DNA of 35,780 nt, from the IMG/VR virus record IMGVR_UViG_3300031261_000045. One strand, given 5' to 3'. Each line of letters starts with the position of its first letter. The first letter of the stretch is position 1. Shown piece by piece: positions 17,101 through 24,518 of this stretch. The notes beneath the pieces were generated by a model. That model did no database searches. It saw nothing but the letters and a program-made list of their open reading frames with translations, and was not told the DNA's origin. Source of the DNA: a virus. Position numbers and translations under genes: made by a program.

Positions 17101-18829
17101 GATTGGCTTGCAAATTGACCGGAATATCCCAAAAGCCATTGATCGCGATCGACTGGCTGGTGATGCCCGCATCGTGCCACGGCGAGTAATATTGCGGATC
17201 ACCCGCGCTACTATGCGTGGCGTAACGATAAAGCCCGATGATCGGCGTCGATCCGGCCAGATATTGTGTCGTGGCGATCGCATTGTCGTAGACAATGATA
17301 CCATTGCTGTCAAACACCAAGGGTTGCAAAATGACCGGATCGGCCGCCCCGGTGCCCAGCGCGTAGCCGAAAATGTGATCGCCATAAAACGTGCTGTTGG
17401 GATAACGAACCGGATCGTTCAAGGGCGCGGGGGTGGTGCTGAGATCATACAGCATGAACAATGGCGCCACATCCTCCGACCAAATCTGCTGGAAGGTCAT
17501 GGAAGTGCCTGCCGCGAACGGTCCCAGTAGCGCAGGCAAGGGTGTCGCCAGGGTGACCGCAGTGGATGCTGTGGTGATGACTGTAACAACCGGAATCGGC
17601 GTGGTTAACGTTTCGCTCGTGACACCGATCTCGACATCAAACCCCTTGACGGTGGTGGCGACCGGCAAGGTTCCCGCGAAGGTGAGGGTGCTGCCTTGCT
17701 GAGGGGTCGGTTTGTAGAGTGAGGCAGAGCATTGCCATAACACCAGATCGCGGACGAATTCGATGATTGGGCGCAAGGCTTGACGGCTGACGAAATCCAC
17801 TCCGGCCCACAGGAAGGTGGCGCGATGCACCCACAGATTGCGGCTCGACCATGCGTTGGTTTGCTGCGATGAGCGATCAATGGTGACGTATTGTGCCGCG
17901 AGACCCCGGATCAGCGTGCCATACGGGGTGAACCGGATGCTCTGACCGACGCCATCGATGATATACTGATCGAAGGCCGCTGCGTCCCAGGGCGTGGTAT
18001 CCCAGGCCGGACCACCCCAGCCTTCGGTCAGATGCAAGGTATCGTAGATACGCAGCAGCATCCCCGAGCTAAGCTGGGTGACCGGCGGACTGGGCGCGCG
18101 TGAGGGGGTAGTATCATTTGAGGTGAGTCCGGTCACATCGATGCTCGTCATGTTGGTCACGGTGCCGATAAAGTCGGCAATGCGCGTCACCATGACCACT
18201 GTGCCAAGAGCAGGCGCATCTGCGAAGATCAGACTGCTGCCATCCGGACTGAGGGTGGTTGGCATTGTTTCACCCGCAACATAACCGGTCGGGGTTTCCT
18301 GCGCGAGGGTGATCGAGGTCATGGATGGTGGCAGGGCGAACAGCGTGGTAACCCCGTCGCCGGTATAATACGTGATTGGAACGTTAATCGCCAGGACCGG
18401 CATATCCTCGGCGCCATCGCCAAACCAATAGTATTGCCGATAGTTCATCCAGGCGTCGATATTGATGGGCGGCGCCCAGCTATACAATGCGGTGTCGAAC
18501 AGCCGCTGCTGATTGCTGACGATCGCCCCGGTGTCATCGAGATAAGAAATGAAATCCGGATAGGTCAGGGCATTGCGAATCGTATTGCTGGTGGAATTGA
18601 GGCTCACCATGCCGGGTTCCAACTGGTAGAACGCGCGAGTCTGATCCGGTTCGGCGAGATAGAAATCGGTGGTCGGGTCGGCCCCGCTGATTTGGTGACC
18701 GATGTAACCATTGATACTGTCGGAAATTCCTGGCTGGAATAAGGCATCGACCGTGGCGCCGAAGAAGGCGGTCAGGTCGGCGGTTTGGTTGCAGCCGGGC
18801 AGCAGGGAGATGAAACGCCGTTTGGTCAT
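8180..18829 (-). CDS. Giant structural protein, 3549 aa. It sits where gp7/gpI wedge and tail-fibre proteins sit in P2/Mu/T4-like baseplate modules. No family recognised.
   Basis: Uninterrupted 10.65-kb ORF. Its ATG at 18829 abuts the stop of the gp6/J-like gene (TAAATG). Composition is rich in Thr/Ser/Gly/Ala/Val/Pro, typical of beta-rich fibre or wedge proteins. No catalytic motifs recognised by eye. Confidence 0.8.
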   Translation of the reverse strand: MTKRRFISLLPGCNQTADLTAFFGATVDALFQPGISDSINGYIGHQISGADPTTDFYLAEPDQTRAFYQLEPGMVSLNSTSNTIRNALTYPDFISYLDDTGAIVSNQQRLFDTALYSWAPPINIDAWMNYRQYYWFGDGAEDMPVLAINVPITYYTGDGVTTLFALPPSMTSITLAQETPTGYVAGETMPTTLSPDGSSLIFADAPALGTVVMVTRIADFIGTVTNMTSIDVTGLTSNDTTPSRAPSPPVTQLSSGMLLRIYDTLHLTEGWGGPAWDTTPWDAAAFDQYIIDGVGQSIRFTPYGTLIRGLAAQYVTIDRSSQQTNAWSSRNLWVHRATFLWAGVDFVSRQALRPIIEFVRDLVLWQCSASLYKPTPQQGSTLTFAGTLPVATTVKGFDVEIGVTSETLTTPIPVVTVITTASTAVTLATPLPALLGPFAAGTSMTFQQIWSEDVAPLFMLYDLSTTPAPLNDPVRYPNSTFYGDHIFGYALGTGAADPVILQPLVFDSNGIIVYDNAIATTQYLAGSTPIIGLYRYATHSSAGDPQYYSPWHDAGITSQSIAINGFWDIPVNLQANPLAQEVSRVSNSDVQQHFADLISQQSNFSGTASASNNYRDSPRDLSLGTQVLQHRATLLKAMLLASSSQFDLTLALRYADQEYNRFRNKFARKLVDLCNRGVLRVDIDPASTWVATTLAALKIGHTNAMPFWLSTMAGGQWFIPPTASALGIQPAVVPALLVDALYNPPITFIQGHDGSRTPANNDWRDAIILALEQLIYTNLDPALQTEARPVFDIQQWCGGHFYAPANGYSHAEVSSLLAPFFEIWAQNNGLDYRNALGYDPSNPFTWNYRGSLDLFGLPMAGSWRAVYHDYYGTDAPHLRPWEMLGFQTQPSWWVTQYGAPPYTPSNRVWIDATNGYIAGGVRAGYDAVYSRPGLLAVLPVDATGHLRDPTQIGLVTVTSGLVALSSQPWQAGDFGPVEMLWRTTPSFQYALACVSFLMKPARFTDTCWTTLTRGLIADQWVDLNTLLRSTDSTNLLHGESDAAGQPVMVTGVSQWLADYLVSQGGTSSQLGDAVRGLDVRLLHQMAGFVSSNTVQAVCDSFGLLPAENVQTILYTSPPNDTEVYSGVIVEWTGAGWRVIGYDGRTPSFTIIPPDPASVKGVISLASVAEPKISPWQASTWYALNTYCNSQGSVYQCQRSHTSGPIFELSFWTPRPDLSPFAIPAPRIVTYATGFKALQQVAYGTIFNTYQAVGDFLLGYERYLVSRGWIFSGTDPQSGAILNWSMAALEFLSWTQVKWQPGNFIALSPGQRQIQFSTLTGTINNVEDNSTGFFGLCDRVGAPISQNNVLLSRLDGDLTITALNADIFLARLYLSTIEHLLVFDNVTIFDDAIYLPLFNLRQPRLQLICNRAQQWSGRLDAPGFVITGNTLASSFEKAANDVRYMFDIELADVADLRDYARHVIGYAERNYLDNLLLAEVEQFEFYQGMIQQKGAPGVFEKLMRSTRASGNSTLSFLEEWGFQVGQYGAPADGFVTFQLAQTDTRDDPQFVSFQPLANAPLNWIMLAPGDPRWYDVPPNPSQFFTMQSGFVPAALPIAGPVRLTDVANTVFAWADVPTVFSQELQAGTATLPAGERLWVYERADLTFTVLESFNTAALPNALLSVLAPVIGSTDRTATQTTRLTLSQPLNLQQSDIGSYIVIDAPSLSYPDLHGVATLIAINFANNTIDIDSVSTQGYVYLPTDTAPMVRILREMRFPDLATLMVAGYDWMIGDLAWIDGSATMPWTVQQWDGGEWSLARQQPLRNNPTTISETLIYAAGTQITGMLMSSNTPVVNAIDVIDPVAGLIAGRARKELDYLTPFDPARYNAGATSAALNPWGPNERGRVWWNIATVKFIDPSTDVLGASNDRDVVELHYRIQQWTRVAPLSSVDVYEWIESLVDPTTYIAQAITDSSLGRVYLTDAPSWVERVVYDPTLGDVLKYYFWVSGLTVVPVVSFRSLSVATVIQAITYPSSAGLAWMAPISSNGLLISGVASALDDSSTVMKVQQHTIRDLAERHDQWALMRPNDPSSLPSAYLWQHLRDSLTGFTVDLQGMRSLPSGTLPAQRNVGIQSGQNMFQISGMLGARGGLLDARQNFVDAVNAIFAQTPICVQRTAVLPSLTRYDAPSATLQWTQTDASYPVEPPPVGAWMVQVYSMAERDNLLARADFLGAGNLLPGIVAPISQTMTVLVNSLTSFVPHWSIWTFDGVAANRASASFQQANSTATPAEIIAFLLLNADAFFALAPTYEVQVASETVRDSLATLSLGDRVLVLPPTGFWAIWTYQGAGQPFSLLRTQRYHLILAAADDSASDVFLSYADYYASGYSVNDPPVIHYATIAARNIGEGTQPVNQLVVVDDAGTGGFIWTQFDPTSASWTTVAIENGTIQLAKALYDPDRVPETPTWLAPGAELLAPSDVTLRDGSWELRSLLDALRYANVLKDSEINTLWFNMVDFVHAQQSNVDWAFKTSFMSILGYNVPLLETPFTRVDQTVNLIDFVNEVKPYRVKIREYATSYTPPTDIAPTLATDFDKPVYWDQRLGVYRVLDPANLTDIAILQTQPWVNWYTNYLAIIAAMAAAGTAASALASANGGTAQQIALAVSTAENTVAATALDRQVTVTLLFDRVVGSAAAGGWDVATWDTKPWDNTTDEANDQSGAVHRIASYYQPSAGMPTDLGQLLNLQFKGGWVDGFIFNANDYPVSNYPTSGWDTLGISETSQVALTVSGDRFATVETTVVNPSLPGQPREYGLRDPALEAEHPEERIGYAADDGLQLIVTSLANAGAPPIEIKRFDLPAFTGTQTFSFATMAQSAAAVLVHCNGLRATLGTDYTVDHFGRTVTINATLQTSPVTRVVLHVFGFGGLTPVTDSQFLSSGVNALSIAQATLASNVAVIVNGVVLSSGYQVNGTSVTLSVPPSVGSDVALISYLPVYSDYPVTDPVSGIVTYQQELVCPGGAALATTVQQQVLAFNSGLQWTLTIADPVTMPPHAGTIIEVSGVRLTPPQTFYGLITPATPWMYLPIAPTSSADRLTVYYNNVLYTAAIPICTLSSSPSTHPLNIVVPVGQTPSTMIAGQFVVYGNLLVALETQAFDPYQIAAVVSLAGQTPDYTVSNTGVVTLDADFLTSKTLPFLGRPINSLDTIVATTFSNAGSMQIRTSSYPVTGLNSHQTYLLPASVAPNMMLVTMNGLTLVPDDDYHIVTKLATVPYVTLTLPALAIADQTSGFVVMMTFSALPATPTLHYQYATRTPSVLRMAPVLDQSFDYRLRSPYYAGRLDSDLPGNATSIVVDLNTQPLAAKLQPADPLPLPLGNRPGVIWIDAERIEYFAAVRVGNQITLGHLRRGTLGTSVGPVRLLSTGLSPGGATIYVVNTLGAVDVRINSILQPASSYNVSTSGLITSVTVTAPIHATVVVGVTNAASHLAGSVVYAGNLPYRIPALRVPLIFPIGRDPFGVYGSGIAGTIIIPSVSRTTGILGVSATGIAMDQAVSIVRDPNIPYTDNILGYLPLGSFK

Positions 18830-21800
18830 TTAATTTGCGATCCGCAGGTTGGTCGCGGTGTTGGACGCGATCAGAACGATATCTGCGACCTGTGCCACGC
18901 TGATGAAAATCTCGTTGGCTTGGCACGGTATCTCGAACCCGTCCCCGAATGCGCCATTCGCGATCACTGGCACGATGACGACAGACAGGATTTGCCCGAC
19001 CAGTTGCTGATGGATATACGCGGCCAATTCGGTAAAGTAGAACGTTTCGCCGAAATCCCAGTTGCTGACGGCAAAGAACACATTGATTGCGGCAAGGATG
19101 CTGCTCTGGATTTCGCCATCGCTGACTGCCGAATTGGTCGCCCGGACGACTTTGAATTTGGCTTGCAGGGCCGGATCGGCAGCGGCACCGAACAGGAATT
19201 GATATTGCACGGGCCGCCACACGATCGTGTCGGAGAACATCTTGAAATCTTCCAACCCGGAAAACGCCAGACTGAGGTCCAGTTCGGTTGGCGGATAGGG
19301 TTGCTGGGCGGCAATCGCGCCCGCTGTGATCCATTGCCGCACCGCACTGTCATACGAGTAGGTCAGGCAAAAAATATCGACGATATTGGTGCTGGCCGGA
19401 TCGATCCGATGATCACTCGGGGCGTAATGTTGCCAATGAAAGAATAACGCATCGCCACTGGGCGTGGCGCTGGCCGAGGCGCTGATCCAATTGGCCGCGA
19501 CATTCGGACCGCGTCCGATGGCGAAGCGATAGCTGCTCGTGGTGTCCTGCGTCCAGCCGGTGAGTTGATACACCCAAAAGGTTTCATTCGCTAATGGGGT
19601 GACCGAAGAGACGACCTGAAAGCCGACCGTGCCGAGCGGCGGGGTATCCGCTTGCAGCAAACCATCATTGTCATACCCGTTCACTGTGTAATATGGTTGG
19701 TCATACGGAGGCACTGCTGTGTTGCTCCAGAACAAATAGTTTGTCGCCGGGCTGCCGGAGATGAGGTTGTAAAACGTGTCGGGCCGATCCGGCACGCCAT
19801 CACCGTTACTATCAGCAAACAAGACCGTGGTGCGCCGGGGTTCGGCCGTGCCATCCGGATAGGTCCAGAGCCGATCGATGGTGAGGCCGTAATCGATTCC
19901 CAACGCATAGCCCCTCGGGTCGTTCAGATTGGGATTGATCCGCAGCACGCTGAGATTATCGGCCGTGGCTTCGCCCGTGGTCTGCGCCAGGGTGCGCACG
20001 CCATTGTCGTACCATTCGACCGCGCCGAGGCTTTCGAACACATAGCGCAGGCCGCGCGTATTGATCCGCCACACGCCGCCGACAATGTTAACCAGCCCGA
20101 TCAGCACCGTGGTCCCATTCGGCCCGCCCAGCGTCGCCTGAGGCGCGCCAAAACTGTTCTGCGCCGTGCCCAGAACCCAAAGCCCGGTGGCATAATCGTA
20201 GAGCAGCGAGAAGGACAGCCGCAGATCGAGATAGCCCGAGAGCATATTGACCGACAACCCGCTCGGGGTGTTCAGGGTCGATGGCACCGTGGTAACCACC
20301 TGGGGCAGTACAGCGAGCAGGATCGCCCCGCTTGGCAGGCTTTGCGACAGCGTCACTGGCCCTGCCGTATTGACCACCAAGGGGGTATCGATCGCATTGC
20401 CGAGGCTGACCACCGAAACCCAAACCAGGGTGCTGTTGACACTGAACTGTAACAGCGCCCCGACCTGGATCAACCCGGCCGCAGCGGGCAGGCTGGGGAG
20501 GGCGACGCGGCCCCGATTGGCATCATGGATGAACGTCCCGCTGGTGTTGAATAATGCGGCACTGGACGGCGCCCAGGTAAAGGGCGCACCGGCCTGATCG
20601 AGCGGCGCCCGGATGGTGTTGTTCCGGACATTCTGCAGCAGCACGTCGCGGATCAAATTCGCTGTGGTATACTGATTGATCGCAGGCACGATATAATCAT
20701 TGAAGATTTGTAATGAGGTGCGATTGAGCGTAGTGGGCACTTCGAAATAGGTATTCGCCGGATCGCTGAAGAACAGGCCATCCTCGCCGAAGATCGACAG
20801 GTCCTGATAGGTGCCGGTCGGATCATGCAGATCGATGTAGCGCGATTGGCCACTATAGACTCGGTTGACGGCGTTGATCTTGACCGCCAGATTGGAGGAC
20901 AACGGAAAGGTATTGTAGTCCTGACCGGACACCATCCGGTTCTGCGTACCATAGACCTGGGGGGCGCGCTGGCGGATTTGCTCGATCGTTTCGGCTGCAC
21001 TGGCATTCGCCACGGTCTCCAGCAGCGAAAACGTCAGATACACCAGCTTGGGCGATCCGGCGGTGTTGAAATATTGGATCGGCAGTGTGATGTTGCTGAT
21101 TTCGCTCGGCTGGATTTGGTAGGTCAGACCGTTGGACACCCGGTAGGTCACCGCAATATTGCCGACCGGGGCGAGACCGAAACTGCCATCCGAGAACCGG
21201 AGGGTGACCTGATCGTTATCGCGGGTCAGCACCGAGTAGATTGTGCGTACGGTATTGGCGAGATTGTTATAGGTGATATTATTGTTGAAGATCGCCGGGA
21301 CTTTGGTCCAATCGATTTGCACGGCGCCATTGTCATCGACGGTATCCACCCAGATATCGTTATTATTGACGTTGCTTACCCCCAGATCGAGCAACTGGTT
21401 CTGCACCGGGGTGGCGATCTGGAACACCTGTTGGGCGGTGTTCCCTTGTTTGAACAGCAGGAAGAAACCGGTGCGCGTGCTGGCATAACCATTACTGTCG
21501 TTCAAATAATACAGTTGCAGGGCATTGGCTGGATTGGGATCGCGTTCGAACAGAGTGCCATTGTCGCTGAAATCGCCATTGCAAATCTCGAACGCCATCA
21601 CGGTGCCGCTGACCGTGGCGCTGAAACTCAGGCTGGAGGCGGAAGCCAAACCGTTGATCCGGTACAGGTCGGTGCTCACATTCGCCACCGTGCCGGAGGC
21701 TAACGGCAGGCCGAACGGATTGGTTTGGATGAACGCGGCGTTCATGACCAGGGTGAATTGTTCTTGCCAGTTGATATTATTCGGGTCATTCCAGACCACC

Positions 21801-22216
21801 GCCTGATTGGCGAGATCGTTACCAAGACTGTCGTACACATCATCACTGGTCGTTACCTGGGTGAGTTTCAGCACGCCAGTGGCGGGTTGACAGCGGCTCG
21901 GATTGTATGACAGGAAACGCGCCAGTCGCAGGATGCTTTCGCGCGATTCGGCGGTGTCGATGAAGTTTTCACGCGCCGCGATATCGGTCTTGAAGGCCAA
22001 TGTTCCCGCCAGCCAGGAAAGAAGATCGGTTATCGCGACAAATTCCGAGGAGATGATCCAATCATTGAAGTTCTCGGGATAATTGACGAGGATGTAATTC
22101 CTAAGAGCTTGATTGATGCTTACCGGGTCGGTGGCGTTGAAATTGATCTGGGTGAAACCCTGATAGATCGAAGTCCATTCGTCTCCTGCGAGGAGGTCTG
22201 TTTGCCGCGAACTCAC
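18830..22216 (-). CDS. Baseplate wedge protein, gp6 / baseplate-J-like (1128 aa; GTG start)
   Basis: Position immediately after the gp25-like gene is the conserved W-J (gp25-gp6) order. The segment ETIEQIRQRAPQVYGTQNRMVSGQDY resembles the ESDxxLRxR...G..Y signature of baseplate_J proteins. AAGGA SD lies 8 nt before the GTG at 22216. Assignment is by context plus a weak motif. Confidence 0.55.
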   Translation of the reverse strand: MSSRQTDLLAGDEWTSIYQGFTQINFNATDPVSINQALRNYILVNYPENFNDWIISSEFVAITDLLSWLAGTLAFKTDIAARENFIDTAESRESILRLARFLSYNPSRCQPATGVLKLTQVTTSDDVYDSLGNDLANQAVVWNDPNNINWQEQFTLVMNAAFIQTNPFGLPLASGTVANVSTDLYRINGLASASSLSFSATVSGTVMAFEICNGDFSDNGTLFERDPNPANALQLYYLNDSNGYASTRTGFFLLFKQGNTAQQVFQIATPVQNQLLDLGVSNVNNNDIWVDTVDDNGAVQIDWTKVPAIFNNNITYNNLANTVRTIYSVLTRDNDQVTLRFSDGSFGLAPVGNIAVTYRVSNGLTYQIQPSEISNITLPIQYFNTAGSPKLVYLTFSLLETVANASAAETIEQIRQRAPQVYGTQNRMVSGQDYNTFPLSSNLAVKINAVNRVYSGQSRYIDLHDPTGTYQDLSIFGEDGLFFSDPANTYFEVPTTLNRTSLQIFNDYIVPAINQYTTANLIRDVLLQNVRNNTIRAPLDQAGAPFTWAPSSAALFNTSGTFIHDANRGRVALPSLPAAAGLIQVGALLQFSVNSTLVWVSVVSLGNAIDTPLVVNTAGPVTLSQSLPSGAILLAVLPQVVTTVPSTLNTPSGLSVNMLSGYLDLRLSFSLLYDYATGLWVLGTAQNSFGAPQATLGGPNGTTVLIGLVNIVGGVWRINTRGLRYVFESLGAVEWYDNGVRTLAQTTGEATADNLSVLRINPNLNDPRGYALGIDYGLTIDRLWTYPDGTAEPRRTTVLFADSNGDGVPDRPDTFYNLISGSPATNYLFWSNTAVPPYDQPYYTVNGYDNDGLLQADTPPLGTVGFQVVSSVTPLANETFWVYQLTGWTQDTTSSYRFAIGRGPNVAANWISASASATPSGDALFFHWQHYAPSDHRIDPASTNIVDIFCLTYSYDSAVRQWITAGAIAAQQPYPPTELDLSLAFSGLEDFKMFSDTIVWRPVQYQFLFGAAADPALQAKFKVVRATNSAVSDGEIQSSILAAINVFFAVSNWDFGETFYFTELAAYIHQQLVGQILSVVIVPVIANGAFGDGFEIPCQANEIFISVAQVADIVLIASNTATNLRIAN

Positions 22217-22227
22217 TGGAATGGTCC

Positions 22228-22650
22228 TTATGACTGATTGAAATAGGTGGTTTCAGAGAGTTCAAAATTGGCGCTGAATGTGGCGATCACGTTCCAAGGC
22301 AGATACAAAAGCGTGGCTTCGATGCGAAACCCTTTGTCGATTTGCAGCGGAGTGATCGTCTGGGGCACCACGCGGGCATCGAGGTTGCAGATGCGGGTGG
22401 CTTCGGCTATGATCGCACCGGCCAGGATCGGCGTCATCGGCTCAAACAACATATCCCACAGTTTGCAGCCGTAGTCGGGCCGCATAACCCGCTCGCCCAC
22501 CCGTGTATTGAATGATGTCATCAGATCAATATTGATCAGATCAATGTCATAGAGCGAACGCACGCCGGTGATATTCGAATACAGCGTGCTATAGCCGAGG
22601 AAATACCGTGTAAGCTGACTGGAACTGTTTGATTGGGTAATGACGGCCAT
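22228..22650 (-). CDS. Baseplate wedge protein gp25 / GPW family (140 aa)
   Basis: Signature RVGERVMRPDYGCKLWDMLFEPMTPILAGAIIAEATRIC aligns with T4 gp25 TRKGSRPFDPEFGCDLSDQLFENMTPLTADTVERNIESAV. Size is typical. AGGTGG SD upstream. Confidence 0.85.
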   Translation of the reverse strand: MAVITQSNSSSQLTRYFLGYSTLYSNITGVRSLYDIDLINIDLMTSFNTRVGERVMRPDYGCKLWDMLFEPMTPILAGAIIAEATRICNLDARVVPQTITPLQIDKGFRIEATLLYLPWNVIATFSANFELSETTYFNQS

Positions 22651-22666
22651 GTTTCCACCTAGATGG

Positions 22667-22688
22667 AATATTTAGCGGCGGCTATAAA
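22667..22688 (-). promoter_or_regulatory. Late-promoter-like motif CGCTAAATATT (plus an adjacent TTTATAGC) in the 54-bp gap upstream of the gp25-like gene
   Basis: Minus strand reads ggagggTTTATAGCcgccgCTAAATATTccatctAGGTGGaaacATG. TAAATA core at 22669-22674. Confidence 0.4.
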
Positions 22689-22704
22689 CCCTCCGGTTAA
22701 TCAC

Positions 22705-23559
22705 CTAGTGGAATTCCGGCGATTCTTCGTCTTGTTTGGCGATGTCTTGGATCGCCTCCATATCGGGCCACGTGGTTTGCACCAGCCGATAGAATTTATA
22801 GAACCGACGCGTAAACTTGCGTTGGTAGACGGTGTTAAGACTGTGCAGCCACGCGCTTTCGAACCAGATGTCATAGACCCGGCGAAATTGGCTATAACTA
22901 ATGGTCTTGAAACGATCGGGTGGCTTCTTGGCCATCGCTAGGAGAGCGAGTTTGTAGATAATTGTGTGCAGGCCTTGTTGATAATAGCCATTGAATTCGA
23001 TCGGGCTGTTATAATACGCGGCCCGATCGGCAACTGGCGGTTTGCCGGATTTGGCGACATTGGCTTTGTGTTGGGTATAGCCGCGTCGATAATCCATCAC
23101 ATGGGTAAACTCATGGGTGAACTGTGCCCAGTCGAGTTTGTAGCCGAGGTCGATTTGGTCGCGCGGATCGTCTTTCAGCATCATCACCAAAAGCATGTGT
23201 TGCCGTCCGGCCATGGTGGCGGTCGTGACATAGGCATCACTGGTGGATTTTGGGTTCCAGCCGAGGCCGATATAGAGGTCCTGATAGGGGATGCCGACTT
23301 CGGTGGCGCGGAGCAGCCACAGTTCATCGCCTTTGGCCGTCCGGACATTAAAGAGGCCCATGTCTTTGAGCGGCGTCTTGGCATTGGCTTGGTAGAGCCA
23401 TTGCGAGAACTTATGCGAGGCGCGTTGTGCATAGCGCAGTTTGCGCAGGTCAATCTCAGGCGTCTCGAAGAGTTCCGTCGCATGCATAACGATATTTAGG
23501 TTCCTAGCGGTGAAGTGTCGCCGTTTCGTTGGACCCGAGAATTCTGTGAAACCGAGCAA
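22705..23559 (-). CDS. Hypothetical protein with HExxH motif (possible zinc metallopeptidase; 284 aa from TTG at 23559 or 260 aa from ATG at 23487)
   Basis: THEFTHVMDY contains HEFTH. A possible third ligand Glu lies ~34 aa downstream (SPIEFNGY). An HExxH alone can occur by chance. cCTAAATAtcgtt lies directly before the ATG at 23487; the TTG at 23559 has no SD. Confidence 0.4.
   Translation of the reverse strand: MLGFTEFSGPTKRRHFTARNLNIVMHATELFETPEIDLRKLRYAQRASHKFSQWLYQANAKTPLKDMGLFNVRTAKGDELWLLRATEVGIPYQDLYIGLGWNPKSTSDAYVTTATMAGRQHMLLVMMLKDDPRDQIDLGYKLDWAQFTHEFTHVMDYRRGYTQHKANVAKSGKPPVADRAAYYNSPIEFNGYYQQGLHTIIYKLALLAMAKKPPDRFKTISYSQFRRVYDIWFESAWLHSLNTVYQRKFTRRFYKFYRLVQTTWPDMEAIQDIAKQDEESPEFH
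23491..23499 (-). promoter_or_regulatory. CTAAATAT motif 5 nt upstream of the internal ATG (23487) of the HExxH gene
   Basis: Minus strand reads ccgctAGGAAcCTAAATATcgttATG. The spacing would make this transcript nearly leaderless. Confidence 0.3.
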
Positions 23560-23596
23560 AAAACCTGTTGACGGGGGCGATCGAGGTTTCTAGAAG

Positions 23597-24268
23597 ATGC
23601 GCCACGGCAGCCCGGCTGCTGGTCCTTGGAAAACAGGTGTTGAGATGAAGGTAACCGTGAGGCGGGCTGACCGCTATGTTCGTGCAGCCATTGACGCAGC
23701 GAAGAAGTTTTCTCTCAAAGCGGCCGAGTCGATTTCCATCCATGACGCGTTGCTGCGCGGTGATAATGACGGCAGGCCGCCTAGTGCGTTGCTTGATCGT
23801 ATCAATAAACTGGCGCGGGAGAACACCGACGCGTTGCAGACGGCGGTCGGTTTGATCGAAACCGCTTACGCGATCCGCCAGCAGATTGCCGAGGCGAATC
23901 TGCACCATGGGATTTCGGCCATCCTGACTCGCGAGCAAGAAATGAAGCTCAAGGAGACCATTCTGACCGCGATGTTGGGTCAACTTGCCGATACAGGCGA
24001 GGAAGCCGAAACGGCGATCACCAAGGCGACCCATGTGCGGACGAACCCGCCGACCAGTCGGGACCTGTACGGCGAGGTGCGGGATCGGATTTCGGTGATG
24101 GTGCCGCATGCGGACTTGCGCACTGACATTGAGACCCATCTGCGCAAGCTCAAGAGCGATCAAGTGGCAGCGAATGAACGGCGCAACTTCTTGAATGTGA
24201 CTGTGCATATCGAACTCGACTCGAAGGCGGTTGACACCTTGCGTATGGCGCACATCATCGAGTCATAG
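23597..24268 (+). CDS. Hypothetical protein (223 aa; alternative start 23645 gives MKVTVRR...). It is oriented against the surrounding minus-strand operon.
   Basis: Charged, helical-looking sequence with GAGG and AGGTG SDs before the two candidate ATGs. The antisense ORF 23504-24253 is Arg/His-rich and judged spurious. A possible sigma70-like promoter TTGACG-17-TAGAAG lies at ~23566-23594. Confidence 0.5.
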   Translation: MRHGSPAAGPWKTGVEMKVTVRRADRYVRAAIDAAKKFSLKAAESISIHDALLRGDNDGRPPSALLDRINKLARENTDALQTAVGLIETAYAIRQQIAEANLHHGISAILTREQEMKLKETILTAMLGQLADTGEEAETAITKATHVRTNPPTSRDLYGEVRDRISVMVPHADLRTDIETHLRKLKSDQVAANERRNFLNVTVHIELDSKAVDTLRMAHIIES

Positions 24269-24272
24269 AGCT

Positions 24273-24300
24273 AACCCGAGAGCTTCGGCTTTCCGGGTTG
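24273..24300. terminator. Candidate bidirectional stem-loop between convergent genes: CCCGAGAGC-UUCG-GCUUUCCGGG (UUCG tetraloop)
   Basis: Located 5 nt after the stop of the plus-strand 223-aa gene, in the 250-bp gap before the stop of the minus-strand 142-aa gene. Only a weak T-run follows it. Confidence 0.3.
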
Positions 24301-24518
24301 GGGCGAAGCGGGAGATTGTCGAATCGGAACAATTTGGCTCACGCCATGTCCTTAAAAGACACCATAATGGGAATACGATCTTTGCTGTCCATTCCATGTT
24401 CCATTGGGACCACTGGTTGTCCTGGGCCACCACGATCGTTGTTCGTTGCTGGTTGTATTTGCTGGATGCTGGTTGCTCGTTCCAGATTTGCGTCTCTCGC
24501 TTTCGTTCCCCCACAGTG

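Noticed and set aside
10664-21703. Many 200-290-aa plus-strand ORFs (10664-11443, 12305-13123, 15773-16510, 16895-17530, 18785-19447, 19652-20452, 20825-21703) and short minus-strand ORFs inside the giant and gp6-like genes
   Set aside because: All lie inside or antisense to the uninterrupted 10.6-kb and 3.4-kb reading frames. Long stop-free antisense frames are expected at this GC content.
22705-23559. Calling the HExxH protein a definite metallopeptidase
   Set aside because: A lone HExxH pentapeptide is expected by chance at appreciable frequency across ~10,000 translated residues in this window. It was kept only as a low-confidence annotation pending profile search.
23504-24253. 249-aa minus-strand ORF overlapping the 223-aa plus-strand gene
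   Set aside because: The Arg/His-rich product (MRHHHRNPIPH...) has no SD. The plus-strand frame has a protein-like charged helical sequence and SDs, so the plus-strand gene was preferred.
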